Source: an uncultured delta proteobacterium
Lineage (GTDB): Bacteria; Myxococcota; Myxococcia; Myxococcales; Myxococcaceae
Reading direction: 5' to 3'
Assembly: GCA_963776345.1 (NCBI GenBank)
Contig: CAVZMH010000003.1
Location: 1-64,000 of the forward strand
DNA length: 64,000 bases
The notes under the pieces are model-generated. The model was given only the letters and a program-made list of their open reading frames with translations. It had not been told where the DNA came from and did not search any database. Position numbers and translations under genes: made by a program. Shown here piece by piece: positions 17,001 through 26,696 of the stretch (its first letter is position 1; each line of letters opens with the position of its first letter).

Positions 17001-19791
17001 TGGCGGCTGCGGTCAGCGCGGCTCCGGTGTTCGCCGCCGTCCCGTTCACCGTGGCGGTGAAGGTCAGCGTGCCCGTGGTGAGCGGAGTACAGGTGAAGGT
17101 GAACGGCAGCGAGGCGCCGCCGACGATGGACGAGGCGCCCGGACTGGCCGTGGTGCAAGAGGCGGTCGCGCCGAGCGTCCCGGTGACGGAGGGAGTGACG
17201 GTCACGTTGTTCGCGGCGGCTCCGCCCGCCCCGGCGGTGTTCGACACCGTGACCGTGAGCGCCAGGGGTTGCCCGACGCTCGCGGTGGCGGGCGGCTGGG
17301 CCGCGAAGCTGGCCGCCAGCGCGGCCCGCTGCTGCACCACGATCGAGGCGGCCGTCAGGTTGGTGTTGTTGAACACGCCTGGCACGTTGGCGTCCTCCCA
17401 GGTCGCCGAGCCGGCCAGGGCCAGTGTTTGCGCGGTCGCCGGTGCGGTGCAGTTGCTCCACACCAGGGTCTGGGTTGCCGCGATGTTGTTGATCGGGAAC
17501 GCCGGTGGCGTCCCGCAGGGCGGGGAGTAGCTGGTCGTGGCGGCGGTCACGTTCGCCGCAGCCCCGCCCGACTTGGTGAGCGTGAGCGTGATCGAGAAGG
17601 TCTGTCCCGTGCTCAGGGTGGGGGGCGTCGTGGTGATGCTCGTTGCGGTCACCAGGGCGGCGGCGACGACCGGGACGGCCGCCGAGGCGGGGCCCGCGGT
17701 CCGGACCGTCCCGGTGTTGGTGTCCACCCAGGTCGCGGAGCCCGCGAGGTTGAGCGTCTGGGGGGTCGCGGGCGCGGTGCACCCGGACCAGGTGAGGTTC
17801 AGGGTGGCGCCGATGGCGTTCACCGGCGTCGCCGGGGCGGTGGTGCAGGTCGTGCCGGTGAGCGACACGCCGGTCACGTTGGCCGTGCCCGTCCCGGTCT
17901 TGGTCAGGGTCAAGGTGACGGTGAATCCCTGCCCGACGCTGAGGGTCGAGGGCGAGGTCGTCAGCGCGGTGGCCGTGACCGCCGCCGGGGTCTGCACGTT
18001 CACCGTGGAGCTCGCGGAGTTCGACGTCACCACAGTGGACGGGCTGTTGGCGTCAGTGCCGGAAGCGGAGGCCGAGGGCGTGAGGGTGCCCGCCGCGGCC
18101 GAGGAACAGTTCGCGTAGAGGAAGACCACCGGAGCTCCGAGCGCGACCGTGGCCGATGCGGGAGAGGGTGCGGCGCACCCGGTGATCGCGGTGGGCGTGA
18201 CCGCCACTGCCGGCGCCCCGCCGGTGTTGCTCACCGCGAGGCTCAAGGTGAAGACCTGGCCGGTGTTCACGGTGAAGGGCTGGCCGGTGGGAACCGGAGG
18301 CGTCCGCGCCGGGGTGAGGCTGGCGACCAGCGTCGGCGGAGACTGGACGGTGGACGACGCCGCGGGCTGCGCGGTGATTGCGTCGCCGGAGAACCCGTCG
18401 GTGCCGCTCGCGGTGACCCGAAAGCCGAGGTGCCCCGAGGAGAGGCCCGGGGTCAACGCCGGATTGTAGGTCCAGGTGATGTTGACGGTCTGTCCGGCGG
18501 CGAGCACGGCGGGCGGCGCCGGAGTGGGGCCCGTGGCCAGCGTGGCGTTCGCGCCATCGGTGGAGGTCACGCTGGGCGTACTCACTGCGAAGCTCCGGAC
18601 GTCAGCGAGCCCGGGGTTCGTCACCGTCAGCGTCAAGGTGATGGGCTGGCCGACGCTGACCGTCGCCGGCGCGGCGGACAGCGAGGCGTTCATCCCCGCC
18701 GCACCGATGGTGAAGTTGCCCGAGGTGGCGACGGCGGAAGCCACCAGCACGCCCGAGTTGGCGTCGTTTCCGCTCGCGCTCGACGAGAACCGCACCGTGC
18801 CCGGCGTGCTGCCGGCCACGAAGGTCCAGGTGAAGGGGGTGCTCGCCCCCGGGAGGAGCGAGTCGACGGACGCCGGGATTGGTCCCGTTCCGGTCTTCAG
18901 AGCTGCGAGCCCGCCCGGCGCCACCGTGGGCGCAGCAGGGATCAGGTTCCTCACCGCCGCCCCGCCCGAGTTGGTCACCGTCATCGTGACCGTGAACTCG
19001 CGGCCGAAGGCGGCGGCTCCGGAGGAGGGGAGGCTCGCAGTCAGGGCCGCCGGGGGCACCACCGTGACCGCCGCCGGGGTCGCCGGGTCGGTGACGCCGG
19101 TGATGGTGGTGCCGGAGAAGCTGTCGGTCGCGTGGACCGAGCCTGCAAACGCCAGCGTCCCCGCGCCGGTGGCGGTGTAGGTCCAGCTGAAGGTTCCCGA
19201 TTCTCCCGGGCCCAGCGTGGCGATCGAGGCTGGATCGGGCCCGGTGGACGGGTCCGCCGTGCCGGTCCCGCTCACCGTGAGAGGGGCGGGTGCGGCGCCG
19301 GTGGCCGCGGTGGTCCCGGTATTGGTCACCGTCACCGTGACGGTGATCGACTGGCCCACGCTGACCGTCGCCGGCGTGGCCGCGATCGTCGCCGAGATCG
19401 AGGAAAGGGCAGTGCCCTCCACCGTGAAGGCATTCGGAAGCTCACCGGAGCTGCCGAACGGTCCCTGGACGCGCAGCGTCTTGAGCCCGGGGGACAGCCC
19501 GGCCGGCACGGTGGCGGTGAGCGTCTGCTCGTCGACCCGGTGGACGTCGAGGAGCGCCTGGTCTCCCAGCCAGGCCTGGAAGGTCTCGTCCACGGTGGGT
19601 GCACCGCCGGACGCGGGCTGGACGGTACGGACGGAGAACCCGGTGCCGTGGATCACCACCGGCGTGGCGTTGGCTGCGAAGCCGCGGCTGGGCGTGACCG
19701 ACGTGGGCGTCGGGTTGGGGGAGTCGGAGCCCCCGCACCGGGCGAGGGCGACGACCGCGAGAAGGAAGGAAAGCCCGCGCCTAGTCGACAT
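14032..19791 (-). CDS. Giant (1919 aa) Thr/Ala/Gly-rich surface protein, probable lipoprotein adhesin: IPT/TIG-like, CARDB/DUF11-like Ig domains and 11 C-terminal 78-aa repeats
   Basis: Signal ending LARC-GG; SVTPSRG...VIHGTGF; repeated VGQ.I.VTVTN.G domains; 11 x FTASGGSG.GFTWSLSTNASGGSINASTGAYTAG...DVVRVVDSLGN. Confidence 0.85.
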   Translation of the reverse strand: MSTRRGLSFLLAVVALARCGGSDSPNPTPTSVTPSRGFAANATPVVIHGTGFSVRTVQPASGGAPTVDETFQAWLGDQALLDVHRVDEQTLTATVPAGLSPGLKTLRVQGPFGSSGELPNAFTVEGTALSSISATIAATPATVSVGQSITVTVTVTNTGTTAATGAAPAPLTVSGTGTADPSTGPDPASIATLGPGESGTFSWTYTATGAGTLAFAGSVHATDSFSGTTITGVTDPATPAAVTVVPPAALTASLPSSGAAAFGREFTVTMTVTNSGGAAVRNLIPAAPTVAPGGLAALKTGTGPIPASVDSLLPGASTPFTWTFVAGSTPGTVRFSSSASGNDANSGVLVASAVATSGNFTIGAAGMNASLSAAPATVSVGQPITLTLTVTNPGLADVRSFAVSTPSVTSTDGANATLATGPTPAPPAVLAAGQTVNITWTYNPALTPGLSSGHLGFRVTASGTDGFSGDAITAQPAASSTVQSPPTLVASLTPARTPPVPTGQPFTVNTGQVFTLSLAVSNTGGAPAVAVTPTAITGCAAPSPASATVALGAPVVFLYANCSSAAAGTLTPSASASGTDANSPSTVVTSNSASSTVNVQTPAAVTATALTTSPSTLSVGQGFTVTLTLTKTGTGTANVTGVSLTGTTCTTAPATPVNAIGATLNLTWSGCTAPATPQTLNLAGSATWVDTNTGTVRTAGPASAAVPVVAAALVTATSITTTPPTLSTGQTFSITLTLTKSGGAAANVTAATTSYSPPCGTPPAFPINNIAATQTLVWSNCTAPATAQTLALAGSATWEDANVPGVFNNTNLTAASIVVQQRAALAASFAAQPPATASVGQPLALTVTVSNTAGAGGAAANNVTVTPSVTGTLGATASCTTASPGASSIVGGASLPFTFTCTPLTTGTLTFTATVNGTAANTGAALTAAATTSPATTIQAPAALAVTFASQPPSPVNAGQVISLTANVRNTAVAGGASANGVSVTPTFTTVTGSAAASCSTASPASSAVAANSTVPFTFTCTPSGAGTLTFTATANGTAANTGTALTAAATTSPATTVLAPVVISPATASAPPRGPLTFSASGGTGVGFTWSLSTNASGGSINASTGAYTAGGTGSVTDVVRVVDSLGNAATRNVTVGPGVTISGVTTIAPRGATTFAASGGSGAAFTWSLSTNASGGSINASTGAYTAGATGNVTDVVRVVDSLGNADTQNVLVGAGVAISGVATIAPRGSATFTASGGSGTGFTWSLPTNNSGGSINASTGAYTAGATPNVTDVVRVVDSLGNGANQNVTVGAGVAIAGVATIAPRGSATFTASGGSGAGFTWSLSTNASGGSINVSTGAYTAGATGNVTDVVRVVDSLGNAATHNVAVGAGVAIAGVTTIAPRGTATFTASGGSGTGFTWSLLTNNSGGSINASTGAYTAGATASVTDVVRVVDSLGNAATQNVTVGAGVSISGVTTIAPHGTATFTASGGSGTGFTWSLSTNASGGSINASTGAYTAGATASVTDVVRVVDSLGNAATQNVAVGSGISISGATTIAPRGSATFTASGGSGSGFTWSLSTNASGGSINASTGAYTAGGTPSVTDVVRVVDSLGNAATQNVTVGPGVSLSGVATIAPRGSAAFTASGGSGSGFTWSLSTNASGGSINAGTGAYTAGPTPSVTDVVRVVDSLGNAATQNVAVGAGVSISGVGTIAPGGAATFTASGGSGSGFTWSLSTNASGGSINASTGAYTAGPTPSVTDVVRVVDSLGNAATQNVTVGSGVSISGVATIAPRGSATFTASGGSGSGFTWSLSTNASGGSINAGTGAYTAGATPSVTDVVRVVDSLGNAATQNVAVGPGVSISGPATVPVSTSATFTASGGSGTGFTWSLSTNASGGSIDPGTGAYTAGTTPSVTDVVSVQDSLGNSATTPVSVTP
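14035..16610 (-). repeat. 11 tandem 234-bp intragenic repeats
   Basis: Antisense ORFs recur every 234 bp (14135, 14369 ... 16475); FTWSL occurs 11 times. Confidence 0.9.
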
Positions 19792-21541
19792 CGAAGCGAT
19801 ACCCGAGCAGAGCGAAGAACGTCGTGCTGGACCCGCTCAGCGTCGAGAGCCCCGCATCACCGACCCAGGTCAGGCGGAGCTCGAGGAACAGGGCGCCCGG
19901 CCCGAGGCGCGGGCCGGCGGAGAGTGAAAGGCTCGCCGCCGGAGCGATCCCGCTCTGGCTGACCGAGGGCTGGCCCTCCAGCCGGGCGGTGTTGGAGACC
20001 AGACTGCCCCCCGCGCCGGTGCTCGCCCAGAGCATCCAGCTCCCTGCGAAGGGCAGCCGATAAGCGAGCGAGAGCAGGAAGGGGAGATAGTTCTGCGTTG
20101 CGTCGTAGGTCGCGGGCGCGCCGCCGACGGTCGGGGTGCTCGACTGCGAGAGCGTCCACCAGCTCACGTCGAGCACCAGGCCGAGCTGCGTGCGGCCGAA
20201 GCGCGTCCACACCCCGCCTTCGACCCCGACGGCCGGCCCGACAGCGCCTCCCACGGCCATCCCGGCCTTCAGCCCCAGCGAGACGGAGAGGCGACTCGCC
20301 AGAAGCTCCAGGTCCAGCTTGGTGGAGACGGCGCCCGCCTGGATGACCACCGGGTCGAGCGTGTCCTCCGAGACCCGGGGCGGGCGGTAGGGCAAGGCCC
20401 AGTGGCCCGGGCTGACGGCCAGGGCTTCCGAGAACTCACCTCGTCCCGCCGAGCCCACCGGAACCTCGTTCGCGGGATTGCCGAAGGCGTCGACCACCTC
20501 GATCGCGAGGACCTCCAGCTTCCCCGGGGTGGACCCGTCCGCGCGGATCGGCCCGTGCGGGACGACGGTGACCTTCGCCGCAGCCGGAGGCGCGATGGGG
20601 ACGGTGGCGGTGGCCACAGCCCGCCCCGCGACGACGGTGATCATCATCGAGGTCTGCGGGGTGCCCGGAGGCACGGAGATCGGCAAGCGGTAGACGCCGG
20701 GCTCGAGGCGGACCGGCGCTCCGATCGTCGCCACGTCCGACTCCAGATCCAGGGCCCAATCGGTCAGATTGCCGGCGGAATCCCGGAGACGAACGGTCAC
20801 CGATGCCGGAGCTCCGGTGCCGGCCGCGGGGCTGGCCGGGTCCTGGGCGATCTCGATCGTGACCGGCGGGCCCGCGGTACGTGCCAGGGAGCTCGAGACC
20901 GGCGGCTCCGACCCGAAAGCGACCTCCACCGCGTCACTCCTGGTCTCCCCGCCCGGCACGCTCCAGCGCCCGCGCCAGACTCCAGGTCCGAGCGGATCGA
21001 CGCGGGTGATGGTTCCGGTGTCCGGTCGGAGCTCCGGCGCGCTTCCACGGCGGGGAGCGCCGCGCTCGTCGATGGCGAAGACGTAGACCAGCACCTCGGC
21101 CTCGCGCTCGGCAGGCGCGGACGTGGGCTCGACCATCGCCAGGGTCACGGGCCGCGCGGAGAGGGCGGCATCCGGAGCCGCGGCGACGCGAACCACCGAG
21201 AATCCGCAGGCGCGCTGGCTCACCGCGGCGACGATCATCACTGGCGGGGAATCGGGGTCGGCGGTGAGCTCCGCCATCACCGCGCCTGGGCTGACACCGA
21301 CCGGCGGGCCGACCGTTCCGCTGCTGCTGCGGACCTGGATGCCGGAGAGGCTGGTGGGGACGTTGGCGGGAATCCGGACCCGGGCCTGGCGTGAGCCGGC
21401 GGGGAGGGTCGCCGGCGTCACCGTCATCGCCAGGTCGCAGCCGCTCGGGGCGGCCCTCGCGGCGCCGGAGGCCCCGGCCAGCGCGGCCGCGGCCAGCGCC
21501 ACGGCGATCCGGGCGACCGCAGGCGTTGCTGCGCGTTCCAC
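19781..21541 (-). CDS. Exported protein with invasin-like Ig domains and a probable C-terminal outer-membrane beta-barrel
   Basis: Signal peptide; VRLRDSAGN and VVDAFGNP motifs; alternating beta strands ending LLGYRFDVD; overlaps the start of the giant protein gene. Confidence 0.65.
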   Translation of the reverse strand: MERAATPAVARIAVALAAAALAGASGAARAAPSGCDLAMTVTPATLPAGSRQARVRIPANVPTSLSGIQVRSSSGTVGPPVGVSPGAVMAELTADPDSPPVMIVAAVSQRACGFSVVRVAAAPDAALSARPVTLAMVEPTSAPAEREAEVLVYVFAIDERGAPRRGSAPELRPDTGTITRVDPLGPGVWRGRWSVPGGETRSDAVEVAFGSEPPVSSSLARTAGPPVTIEIAQDPASPAAGTGAPASVTVRLRDSAGNLTDWALDLESDVATIGAPVRLEPGVYRLPISVPPGTPQTSMMITVVAGRAVATATVPIAPPAAAKVTVVPHGPIRADGSTPGKLEVLAIEVVDAFGNPANEVPVGSAGRGEFSEALAVSPGHWALPYRPPRVSEDTLDPVVIQAGAVSTKLDLELLASRLSVSLGLKAGMAVGGAVGPAVGVEGGVWTRFGRTQLGLVLDVSWWTLSQSSTPTVGGAPATYDATQNYLPFLLSLAYRLPFAGSWMLWASTGAGGSLVSNTARLEGQPSVSQSGIAPAASLSLSAGPRLGPGALFLELRLTWVGDAGLSTLSGSSTTFFALLGYRFDVD

Positions 21542-21724
21542 GAGAGGCCCTTTCCACCTCGACAGAGACGTCCCCGTCGGGCCGACCGCGCCCGGTCCTT
21601 CATGATGAACTCGTGGACGCCGGGATGGAATATGGGTAGTTCTGACCCAGCCCCCGCGTTGCTCGGGCCAGAGGTGGCCAACTGCAGCCTCGGCGTTCCA
21701 CCGCTGCCGCGGGCTGGGGTTCCG

Positions 21725-22093
21725 CTACTTCCGGCCTCTCCAGCCAGCCCGCTTGAGCGTGTTGTACATGGTGGGGAGCGAGACCTTCAGCTCCTTCGCC
21801 AGCGAGGCGGCGCTCTTTCCGCCCTCGACCTGCTTGCGGAACTCCACCGCCTGCTCGTCGGTGAACTTGAACGCCCGGCCGCGCTTCTTCGGGCCGCCGT
21901 CCCGGGCCTTCGCGCCGCGCGCGGGCCGTCCACGCGGGGCGGGGTGGCCGTCGAACAGCTGCCCCGCCTGCTCGACGATGCGCTGGAGCTGGTTCTTCAG
22001 CACCGTGTTCTCGTTCACCAGGCTGCGGACGGCGTGCTCCAGGTTCTGGAGCGCGGCGCTGATCGCGTTCATCCGGTCGGGCATTCTTGGCAT
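21725..22093 (-). CDS. Small DNA-binding protein: coiled coil, basic linker with RGRP, resolvase-like HTH
   Basis: LQNLEHAVRSLVNENTVLKNQL; RGRP; KFTDEQAVEFRKQVEGGKSAASLAKELKVSLPTMYNTLKR. Confidence 0.75.
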   Translation of the reverse strand: MPRMPDRMNAISAALQNLEHAVRSLVNENTVLKNQLQRIVEQAGQLFDGHPAPRGRPARGAKARDGGPKKRGRAFKFTDEQAVEFRKQVEGGKSAASLAKELKVSLPTMYNTLKRAGWRGRK

Positions 22094-22240
22094 GGCGCGC
22101 ACATTACACTGAATCGCAAGAATGGAAGAAAGGAAATCCTCAGTTTTCTAAATTTCGACCGGAATGAAAGTGATACTCGGCGCTTCACTCTAAAGTTTTC
22201 ATTGACCTCCGGTAGGTCAATCCCTAGAGGTGCGCTGGTC

Positions 22241-22627
22241 ATGAGTGTGCGCGTCGTCCGGCTCGGCTCTCCTCGCGTACCCGGGGAGGGGCTGCGCATC
22301 GGCACGGTGCGCCGCCCGCCCCGCGGCGTGCGGAAGGAGCAGACCGCCTCCCGGGATTTCTATGACCTCTGGTTTCCGGTGCTCGCGCCCTCGGCGGAGA
22401 CCATGGGCGCCTTCCGGAGAGAGATGAGCGACCCGGCCTGGCGCAGGTTCACCCGGGCGTACCGGAAGGAGATGGCGAGGCCGGACGCGAGCCATGCGCT
22501 CGACCTCCTGGCCGCGCTATCCCACCGGACCAGCTTCTCGGTGGGCTGCTACTGCCAGGACGAGCGCCGCTGCCACCGCTCGATCCTGCGCGGGCTGCTC
22601 GAGGAGCGCGGCGCGTCGCTGGCCTGA
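22241..22627 (+). CDS. DUF488-family protein
   Basis: RRPPRGVRKE, WFPVLAPS, YRKEM, CYCQDERRCHRSIL. Confidence 0.85.
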   Translation: MSVRVVRLGSPRVPGEGLRIGTVRRPPRGVRKEQTASRDFYDLWFPVLAPSAETMGAFRREMSDPAWRRFTRAYRKEMARPDASHALDLLAALSHRTSFSVGCYCQDERRCHRSILRGLLEERGASLA

Positions 22628-22749
22628 GGCGTCGTCAGGGGCCCCCTTCGGTGAAGAAGTACTGGTGCTGGCCGTCGCGGGTGATGAGCACCCGCTTCCC
22701 GTCGCGCTCGCCGATCACCCACTCGAAGCCCGAGCGGCGAGGAGAGAGT

Positions 22750-25183
22750 TCACTCCGCGGCCAGCGCCGGTCCGGGCGAGACCCGGGCTGCTCGCAGCGC
22801 CGGCTGGACGCTGGCGAGGAGCGCGGTCAGCAGCAGCAGGCCCAGGGCCCCTCCGAGCGTGGGGAGGTCGAGCGGGTCCACGCCGAACAGCAGGCCGGTG
22901 AAGCTGTGGGCCCCCGCCGCGCCCATGGCCGTCCCGACCGCGGCGCCCGTCCCGACCCAGCGCAGCCCGGCGCGAAAGACCGAGGCCGCCTGTGCGGCCG
23001 GCGTGGCCCCGAGCGCGCTCCGGATGGCCAGCTCGCGCCGCCGCTGGACCTGGGCGTACGCCAGCACCGCGTAGAGGCCCGAGAGGCAGAGGGCGAGCGC
23101 GGCGGCGGCGAACAGCTCGAGCAGCCGCATCCCCGAGCGCCGGGACGAGAGCACGCCCGCGAGCAGCGCGTCCCCGGGCTGCACCGGCGAGACGGGGACG
23201 TCCGGGTCGACGGCGTGGACGGACTCCACCACCCGCCGGGCGAGCCCGGGTCCGCCCCGCCCGGAGCGCAGCAGCACCGAGAGGCCGGTCGCGAGGTTGG
23301 GCGCCACCGGTCCCGGCACCTGGTAGAGCGGGGCGTAGAGCGTCCCGGCGGGCGGCTCGTCCAGCGACTCGTGCTTCACGTCTCCCACCACACCGACGAC
23401 GCGGTAGTCCACGGCCGGCTCGGCGGCGAAGCTGACGTGGAGCGATCGCGCCGAGCGGGCTCGCCCCCGGCCAGTACCGTCGGGCCAGGGCCTCGTCGAC
23501 CACCACCACCCGCGGGTGGAGCGCATCGTCCTCGGGCCCGAAGCCGCGGCCCTCGCGCACCGCGATGCCGGCCACCTCGAAGTAGGCCGGGCTCACCCAG
23601 CGGGTCTGCGCTCCGGGCTGCGCGGTGCGAAGGGGCGCTGGCCGGTCCAGGATGTCGAAGTCCGTCCGGCTGTTCACCCCGCTCAGCGGGAGCACGTTGA
23701 CCAGCGCGAGCCGCGCATCCGGCTCCTCGCCTCCTAGCCGGTCGCGGAGCGCATCGTGGAAGTCCCGCAGGGCGGCCGGCGTCCGGTAGCGCGCGCCGGG
23801 GAACGAGACCCGGGTGACCGAGAGTCCGGCGGTGCGCAGGCCCGGGTCGACGCCGAGCAGCGCCGACTCGCTTCGCCACAGGAGCCCCACCGCCACCAGG
23901 AGCACACCCGCCAGCGCCGCCTCGGTCCCGACGAGCGTGGCGCGTAGCCGGAGCGCGACCCGTCCCGCGGTGGCGTGCGAGCCCAGGTCCGAGGAGGCCC
24001 GGGGCGTGGAGGCCGCCGCCGCCGCGCCTGCCACGAGGAGCGTCGTGACCAGGAGGAGCAGCCCGGCCGCGTAGAGCGCGACGCGCCAGTCCAGACCCAG
24101 CTCGGCGAGGCGGGGCAGATCCGCCGGTGCGAGCCGCCGGAGAACGTCCTGCCCCAGCCACGCCAGGGCGAGACCGAGCGCCGCGCCGGACCCGGCGAGG
24201 ACGGCGCTCTCCACGGCCAGGTCCGCCAGCAGCGCTCGCCGGCTCGCCCCGAGCGCCCAGCGCACTGCGAGCTCCGCGCGGCGTGCCGCGACCCGCGAGA
24301 GGAAGAGGCTCGAGAGGTTGGCGGTGGCGATGAGGAGGAGCACCAGCCCGGCCGCGCCGAGCAGGAGCAGCCCGGTCCGGTACGCGCCGACCCACTCCTC
24401 GAGGAGCGTCCGGACGCGGGGCGGGGCGAGCTTGGCGTCCTCCTCGGGGTAGCGCGCGGCCAGGTCCGCGGTGATTCCCGCCAGCTCCTGGCGGGCCTCG
24501 ACGACGGTGGCCCCAGGCCCGAGGTGGCCGATGACGCGCAGGAAGTTCGAGCCCCGCTCGTTCCGGCGCGGGTCGGCCGCGGCGCGGAGCGGCCCGAGCA
24601 GCTCGGTGGAGAGGTTGGGGAGGGAGAACGTCTCGGGCAAGACGCCCACCACCGTGGTCGGCTGCCCGTCGAGCGTCACCGTCGCTCCGAGCACCGAGGC
24701 CGACCGCCCGAACCGCTCGACCCACAGCCGGTGACCGAGGAGCACCACCGCGGGGCGGGAGGGGTCGTCGTCTGCGGGCTCGAGCATCCGGCCCAGCGCG
24801 GGTGAGACCCCGAGCAGCGCGCCCAGCTCGCCCGAGGCCCGGACCCCGGTGAGACGCAGCGGAGGTCCGTTCCCGGTCAGGTTCGCGCCCCAGGTGGCCA
24901 GCCCCACCAGCGTGTCGAGGCGGGTGCTCCGGTGGCGGGTGTCCTCGAGGTTCGGGAGGGAGAAGAAGGCGCGGTCGCGATCGGTGCGCGTGGACCAGAT
25001 CCACACCAGGCGGGACGGATCGCGGAAGGGCAGTGCGCGCAGGAGGACTCCCTCGATGCCGGTGGCGATGACCGCGTTGGCCGCGATGCACAGCCCGAGC
25101 GTCAGGACCACCCCGGCGGAGAACGCCGGCGCGCGCGCGATGCGGCGCAGGGCCGACCGGACTTCCAGGCGGAGGAGCGACAT
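22750..25183 (-). CDS. ABC transporter permease (MacB/ADOP duplicated type); one frameshift near 23448
   Basis: ALRRIARAPAFSAGVVLTLGL.IAANA; RRAELAVRWALGA; second half (VVGVVGDVK, RRRELAIRSALGA, GVDPLD, RAARVSP) in the shifted frame. Confidence 0.85.
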
Positions 25184-25316
25184 CCGAACCTCACCTGCGA
25201 GCAACGCCTCCCGGGGGCCGAGCAAGCTCCGGGCCGCTGGCAAGCGCCCGAGGCGATTCGGGTGGGCCGGGGACGGGGTGTGCAATCCTGGGATGGCCGG
25301 TCCCGCCAGCGAGGCC

Positions 25317-26666
25317 TCAGGAGGACGGCAGGCTCGCCTCCCGTGGCGGCGCGACCCGTGGCAGCCGCAGCCGGGCGTCGCACCCGCGGCGGCCCGCGGC
25401 GTTCCGCAGGGTGAGCGTGCCCCGGTGCGCCTCGGCAATCTGCCGGCAGAGCACCAGCCCGATGCCCGAGCCCTCCGGCTTGGTGGTGTAGAAGGGCACG
25501 AAGAGGTTGCGCGAATCGAGCAGGCCGGGGCCCTCGTCGGAGACCACCAGCTCCACCTCGCCCGGGGCCTCCTCCCAGCCGATGGTCACCGCACCCCCGG
25601 TCTCGCTGGTCGCCTCCACCGCGTTCTTGAGCAGGTTGATGAGGAGCTGCTCCAGCTGGTCCGCATCGCCCCGGATCCACGCCGCCGGCCCGGGCACCAC
25701 CCGCACGGCGGGGGTGCGGTCGAGCGCCGTCACCCGCTGCACCAGGGCGGGCACGCTCACCGGGGCGAGCGTGGGGGGCGGGAGCCGGGCGAGCCGGGCG
25801 TAGGCGGCCAGGAAGCGCGAGAGCGCCTCGCTCCGCCGCGCCACTACGGTGAGTCCCGAGCGCACGTCGTCCACCCATTCCGAGGGGTCTCCCTTCCCCA
25901 GCACCGCCTGCAGGCTGGCGGCGATGCTCTGGATGGGCGCGAGCGAGTTGTTGATCTCGTGGCTCAGCACCCGGACGATGCGCTGCCAGGCCGCGCGCTC
26001 CTCCTCGCGCACCACGCGGCGGAGATCGGCCAGCACCATGAGGGTGTGCGGCAGGCCCTCGCGGCGGAACTGCGAGCGGCGGAGCTCGTACGGGCCGCCC
26101 TGGCCGCCGAAGTCGGTGTCCACCCGCCGCGGCGTCTCGCCCTGCAGCAGGCTCCCCATCCCCAGCGAGTCCGCGTCGCGGCCCAGGAGCTGCGAGGGTG
26201 GACGCTGGAGCAGCCGGGCCCCGGCACGGTTCACCAGCCGGAGGGCGCCGGTGCCGTCGAAGGCGAAGATGCCGACGTCGATCTCCTCCAGCACCTGCCC
26301 GAGCAGCGCGCTGGCCTCCAGCTCGCCCAGGCGCTCGGTGCGGAGCTGGTCCCCCAGCGCGTTGACCTCCCAGAGCACCTCCCCCAGCGGGTCGGTGCGG
26401 TCGGCGTCACGGCCTCGGACCGAGTAGTCGCCCTCGCGCAGCGCGGAGACGAGGTTGCTCAGCGTCTTCAGACGGCGGATGAGCCGGGTCCGCAGCTGGA
26501 CGATGACCACCAGCGAGACCGCCAGCGCCGCGACGACCAGCAGCACCCGCACCGGCCGCTGCGGGAGCGCGCGCCCGGCCAGCACCGCCGCCAGAACGAG
26601 GCCGGGCAGGGCCGCCCCGAGCGCGCCCAGCGCGAGTCGCCGCTCCAAGGTGAAGAATCGACCCAT
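25317..26666 (-). CDS. Sensor histidine kinase (HAMP/PAS, NtrY-like)
   Basis: H-box LSHEINNSLAPI; N-box NLLKNAVEA; DEGPG; FYTTKPEGSGIGL. Confidence 0.9.
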   Translation of the reverse strand: MGRFFTLERRLALGALGAALPGLVLAAVLAGRALPQRPVRVLLVVAALAVSLVVIVQLRTRLIRRLKTLSNLVSALREGDYSVRGRDADRTDPLGEVLWEVNALGDQLRTERLGELEASALLGQVLEEIDVGIFAFDGTGALRLVNRAGARLLQRPPSQLLGRDADSLGMGSLLQGETPRRVDTDFGGQGGPYELRRSQFRREGLPHTLMVLADLRRVVREEERAAWQRIVRVLSHEINNSLAPIQSIAASLQAVLGKGDPSEWVDDVRSGLTVVARRSEALSRFLAAYARLARLPPPTLAPVSVPALVQRVTALDRTPAVRVVPGPAAWIRGDADQLEQLLINLLKNAVEATSETGGAVTIGWEEAPGEVELVVSDEGPGLLDSRNLFVPFYTTKPEGSGIGLVLCRQIAEAHRGTLTLRNAAGRRGCDARLRLPRVAPPREASLPSS

Positions 26667-26696
26667 GTCCGGCCCCAGGGCCGACAGAATGCCAGC

